From the NCBI GenBank assembly GCA_963829055.1, contig CAWHHI010000020.1, positions 800,001 through 864,000 of the forward strand: 64,000 bases of DNA, written 5' to 3'. Shown here piece by piece: positions 60,531 through 64,000 of the stretch (position 1 is its first letter; every line of letters starts with the position of its first letter). Below the pieces are notes generated by a model. That model had not been told where the DNA came from, did no database searches, and saw only the letters and a list, made by a program, of their open reading frames with translations. The translations under genes and the position numbers were made by a program. The DNA is from an uncultured Gemmatimonadaceae bacterium. GTDB lineage: Bacteria > Gemmatimonadota > Gemmatimonadetes > Gemmatimonadales > Gemmatimonadaceae.

Positions 60531-62981
60531 GTGTCTTCCCGTACCGCGGTGAAGGCCTTGGCCGACATCCACAACTTTCGCGAAGACCTCCGCTACGCGC
60601 TGCGGCGCATTCGCCGCGAGCCCGCATTCGCGACGTTCGCCGTCCTCATCATGGCGCTCGGGGTCGCCGCCGTGACGTCCGTGTTCAGCGTGATGAGCCC
60701 GCTCATGCTGCGGCCGTTGCCGTTCGCCAAGCAGGAGCGACTCGTCTGGATCGCAGGCTCGGCGTCAGGAGGAATGTCCTCCGTCACGTCGCGCACGTCC
60801 AACCTGCGGGACTTCCGGCTCTACACGCGGTCGTTCGACGCGTTGACGGCGTATAACGCGTTCTTCGATTACGACAGCTACAACCTCGTCGGCGATGGGC
60901 CGCCGGAACGCCTGATCGGCGTCGGCGTCGCGCAGAACTTCCTGAGCGTGCTCGGCGTGCAGCCGCGGCTCGGGCGCAACTTCACGGACGAGGAAAGCGT
61001 GTGGGGTGGGCGCCGAGCGGTGATCCTCACGCACGGGTTCTGGACGCGGCGGTACGCGGCGGACCCGAAGATCGTCGGGAAGGCGATCACGCTGAACGGC
61101 GCGCCTAACGAGGTCGTCGGCGTCCTCCCGGCGTCGTTCGACTTCGCGTCCGCCTTCGCGCCGGCGTCACGCGTCGATTTTCTGATGCCGTACCCCATCA
61201 GCGACGAGACCGACCGATGGGGGAACACGATCTCGATGATCGGAGTCCTCAAGCCGGGCGTGAGCGTCGCCAGCGCGCAGGCCGATCTCGACCGCGTCAT
61301 CGCGCAGCTCAAACAGGCGGATCCGAATCGCTGGGGGCTGAATGCGGTCGTCGTCGGGCTCCGCGACCACCTCGCGGGAGGATTCCGCGCGCCACTGCTG
61401 GTGTTGGCCGTCGCGGCTGCGTTGGTGCTGGCCGTCGCGTGCGCGAATCTGTCGAACCTGCTGCTGGTCCGCGCGCAACAGCGCACGCGGGAGATGAGCG
61501 TCCGCAGCGCGTTAGGCGCGACGCGCGGCCGGCTCATCGCCCAGCTGTTGACCGAGAGCGTGATTCTCGCGGCGTGCGGCGGTGCCGTCGGTACCGTGCT
61601 CGCGTTCTGGATCACGAGGACGCTTGCCGGAACGTCGGCGGTGAGCATCCCGATGCTGCGGACGATCTCCGTGGACGCATCGGCGTTAGGCTTCACGCTC
61701 GCGATCACGCTGCTCACGGGACTGGTCGTGGGCATCGCGCCGGCGCTGCAGGTGTCCCAGGGGCGCGAGTCGGCGACACTGAACGACGCCAGCCGCGGCT
61801 CGAGTGACGGTCCGCGCAGCGCCGCGGTGCGCGAGGTGCTGGTCGTCGGTGAAGTCGCGCTCGCGTTCGTGCTGCTCGTGGGTGGAGGACTGCTCCTGCG
61901 GAGCTTCGTCCGCCTGCTCGACGTCGACCTCGGCTTCCAGCCCGCGGGCACGGTCATGTGGCAGCTGGACGCCGGACGTTCCTTCCCTAACGACACGGTG
62001 CGCATCGCGTACTACGAGGGCATGCTCGCCCGCGTTCGCGAGGTGCCGGGCGTCGATATCGCTGGCGTGTCCGACACGCCACCACTCGGCAGGAATCGCG
62101 AGTGGGTCATTCGCGCGAAAGGCGCTGCCTACGAGAAGGACAAGATGCAGAACGTCTTTCCGCGTCTCATCGACAGTGAGTACCTCCGGGCGATGCGAAT
62201 CCCGCTGCTCGCTGGCCGGCAGTTCGGTCCGAGCGACAAGATGACGTCCACGAAGGTCGTCATCATCAACAAGACCGCGGCCGAGAAACTCTTCCGCGGG
62301 GCGAATGCCGTCGGCCGAACAGTCACCAATGGCTCCTGGGAGTACGAGGTCGTCGGCGTCGTCGGCGACGTGCGGCACCAGGCGCTCGATCAGGAGTCGG
62401 GGATGGAGATGTACCTCCTGTACTCGCAGGTGACCGACTTCAGCACGCTGGCGATGGTCGTGCGTTCGCGCGTTCCGGCAACGGCCCTCGCGGGGAGCGT
62501 CGCGGCGGCGCTGCGTGCCGCGGATCCGACGCTGCCGGTCAACGATTACCGGACGCTCGATGCCGTGGTCGACCGCGCGGTCTCGCCGCGTCGGTTCATC
62601 CTGCTCATCCTCGGCGCGTTCGCCGGGACGGCGTTGCTGCTGGCCGCGCTCGGGATCTACGCGGTGCTGTCGTACTCGGTGAGCCAGCGGCTCCGCGAGA
62701 TCGGCATCCGCATGGCACTGGGCGAGTCGGCGTCGCGCGTTAGGCAGCGCGTGGTACGGCGGACGGTTCTACTCGCAGGTACCGGAGTCGCGATAGGAGG
62801 GATAGTGTCGTTCGTCGCGTCGGGTCTGCTGCGCTCACTGCTCTACGGCATCGGCCCGACGGACGCGATCTCGTTCGTCGGCACCGCGATCGTGCTGGTG
62901 GTGGTCTCGGCGTTCGTCGGCTACCTGCCGGCGCGCCGCGCGTCGAAGACGGATCCGATCGTGGCGCTGCGCTCGACGTGA
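60531..62981 (+). CDS. ADOP/MacB-FtsX type ABC permease
   Basis: DLRYALRR, ACANLSNLLL, REIGIRMALG, PARRASKTDPIVALR. Confidence 0.93.
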   Translation: MSSRTAVKALADIHNFREDLRYALRRIRREPAFATFAVLIMALGVAAVTSVFSVMSPLMLRPLPFAKQERLVWIAGSASGGMSSVTSRTSNLRDFRLYTRSFDALTAYNAFFDYDSYNLVGDGPPERLIGVGVAQNFLSVLGVQPRLGRNFTDEESVWGGRRAVILTHGFWTRRYAADPKIVGKAITLNGAPNEVVGVLPASFDFASAFAPASRVDFLMPYPISDETDRWGNTISMIGVLKPGVSVASAQADLDRVIAQLKQADPNRWGLNAVVVGLRDHLAGGFRAPLLVLAVAAALVLAVACANLSNLLLVRAQQRTREMSVRSALGATRGRLIAQLLTESVILAACGGAVGTVLAFWITRTLAGTSAVSIPMLRTISVDASALGFTLAITLLTGLVVGIAPALQVSQGRESATLNDASRGSSDGPRSAAVREVLVVGEVALAFVLLVGGGLLLRSFVRLLDVDLGFQPAGTVMWQLDAGRSFPNDTVRIAYYEGMLARVREVPGVDIAGVSDTPPLGRNREWVIRAKGAAYEKDKMQNVFPRLIDSEYLRAMRIPLLAGRQFGPSDKMTSTKVVIINKTAAEKLFRGANAVGRTVTNGSWEYEVVGVVGDVRHQALDQESGMEMYLLYSQVTDFSTLAMVVRSRVPATALAGSVAAALRAADPTLPVNDYRTLDAVVDRAVSPRRFILLILGAFAGTALLLAALGIYAVLSYSVSQRLREIGIRMALGESASRVRQRVVRRTVLLAGTGVAIGGIVSFVASGLLRSLLYGIGPTDAISFVGTAIVLVVVSAFVGYLPARRASKTDPIVALRST

Positions 62982-62984
62982 CGA

Positions 62985-63089
62985 TGTCATCCGAGGAGCG
63001 CCAGCGACGAGGGACCTTCTGTGACGTCATCGTGGCCCGACCGGTTACAATCACGTTCGAGAAGATCCCTCGCTGCCGCTCGGGATGAC
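62985..63089. repeat. REP-like family B variant
   Basis: tgtcatccgagg...gagggacctt...aagatccctc...ctcgggatgac. Confidence 0.75.
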
Positions 63090-63130
63090 CCGGCCTCCTT
63101 CCTACGGCCTCGTTAAACTCAGTCGGAACA

Positions 63131-64000
63131 ATGCTCGCACCTCTTGCAGTGGTTATTCAACTGGCAGCGCTGGGCCACTCGCTGGCGCCAGTGCATTGTC
63201 GCTTCCATGAAGCGAACCAGCTCGTGCATCAATGGGAGGGCTCCTGCGGTCGCCTGTTCGGCCAGGAGCCGAAAATCAAGCTCAAGCCGGCGAAGGCCAT
63301 CGTCAGCGGCCAATGGCGGAAGGATGCCGAGCCCACTGCGGTATGGGCCGGTAGCCTGATTTACGACGACTCGAGCACGGAGATCGAGCTCGAGCTGTAC
63401 GCTGGAGGATCGGGGGTGTTGCGGACCGAGGACGGCTGGTACGCGGTAAGCGCGTTCAAGGAGGCCGGGAGCCAGCTGACGTTCGAGCTCGATACGGCGC
63501 GGGAGATCGCGCCTAACGAACGTCGATCGCGAGATCGTCAGGCGAGCCGACGCCCTCCTCTCATCCACAGCCGTGTGGAATCGCGCGGACAACCGGCAGT
63601 GCCCGGCATCGGCCACCACCTGGAGCATTTACTGTGCAATGGAGCAGGGCGCCATCGAGGCCACGTGCGGAGCGCACCACCGGCGGCCAGCGATGCAGGT
63701 CGTTCGCGGCAATCATCGACGAACGCACCGCGAGCCGCGACTACGCGCATCGATTGATGGATTACAACAACGATTCCACCACGACGCTCGCGGACGTGCA
63801 CCGGCTCTTCCGCGAGGCGTTGGCGCGCATGAATGGCTCTACCGATCAGCCCATGCCTAACGCCCCACTGTGCCCGTCGGTTTCGTCGCCGGCAATTACG
63901 GCGGCCGACATCAGCATCGTCGAGCGCGCGCGCGAGATGCTCGGGTCGCCCGATCAGTGGAACCGGAATGACACGCAGAAGTGTCCGAGCGGGGCGAAAA
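63131..64000 (+). CDS. Secreted hypothetical protein with a tandemly repeated Cys-containing domain (possibly DUF6197-like); frameshifted, runs off the window
   Basis: WNRADNRQCP..ATTWSIYCA...HHRRPAMQVVR...RLMDYNND, then a second unit IVERAREMLGSPDQWNRNDTQKCP. Confidence 0.6.

Noticed and set aside
861..61690. bldA-like regulation by rare TTA codons
   Set aside because: The TTA codons noticed are one reading of the CGTTAGG motif, which also appears as CCT-AAC, CTA-ACG, GTT-AGG and in non-coding DNA.
2324..61992. Telomere-like CCCTAA repeats
   Set aside because: Only a few isolated copies, never tandem; they are the C-variant of the CCTAACG motif.
861..63862. Integron attC array, because GCCTAAC / GTTAGGC match the RYYYAAC / GTTRRRY core sites
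   Set aside because: Most copies are inside genes, are not paired as inverse core plus core 50-150 bp apart with an intervening palindrome, the genes are not uniformly oriented, and no integrase is present.

Overview
High-GC (~69% by eye) bacterial chromosomal window. Gene content (three orphan ADOP/MacB-type permeases, a VPS10-like propeller, S9 peptidase, TonB-C proteins, many signal-peptide hydrolases) suggests Gemmatimonadota or a similar soil lineage; this is inference. About 45 genes are recognisable, including the four-gene ligase-associated DNA damage response operon, two small-ORF + nucleotidyltransferase pairs (MenAT-like), an AraC-linked YtkA/FixH + di-heme peroxidase + multicopper oxidase cluster, an ECF sigma/YciI pair and an AAA+LuxR regulator. 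Many genes carry 1-bp frameshifts, most likely long-read consensus errors. No rRNA, tRNA, CRISPR array, transposase or integrase was seen. The strongest unexplained signal is the non-palindromic motif (G)CCTAACG / CGTTAGG(C): 65 exact heptamer copies by hand count (~1 per kb, roughly 7 expected), on both strands, in several reading frames inside genes, where it imposes rare codons and forms several stop codons. Intergenic DNA also holds at least four families of palindromic or MITE-like repeats that share modules and cluster into mosaics.
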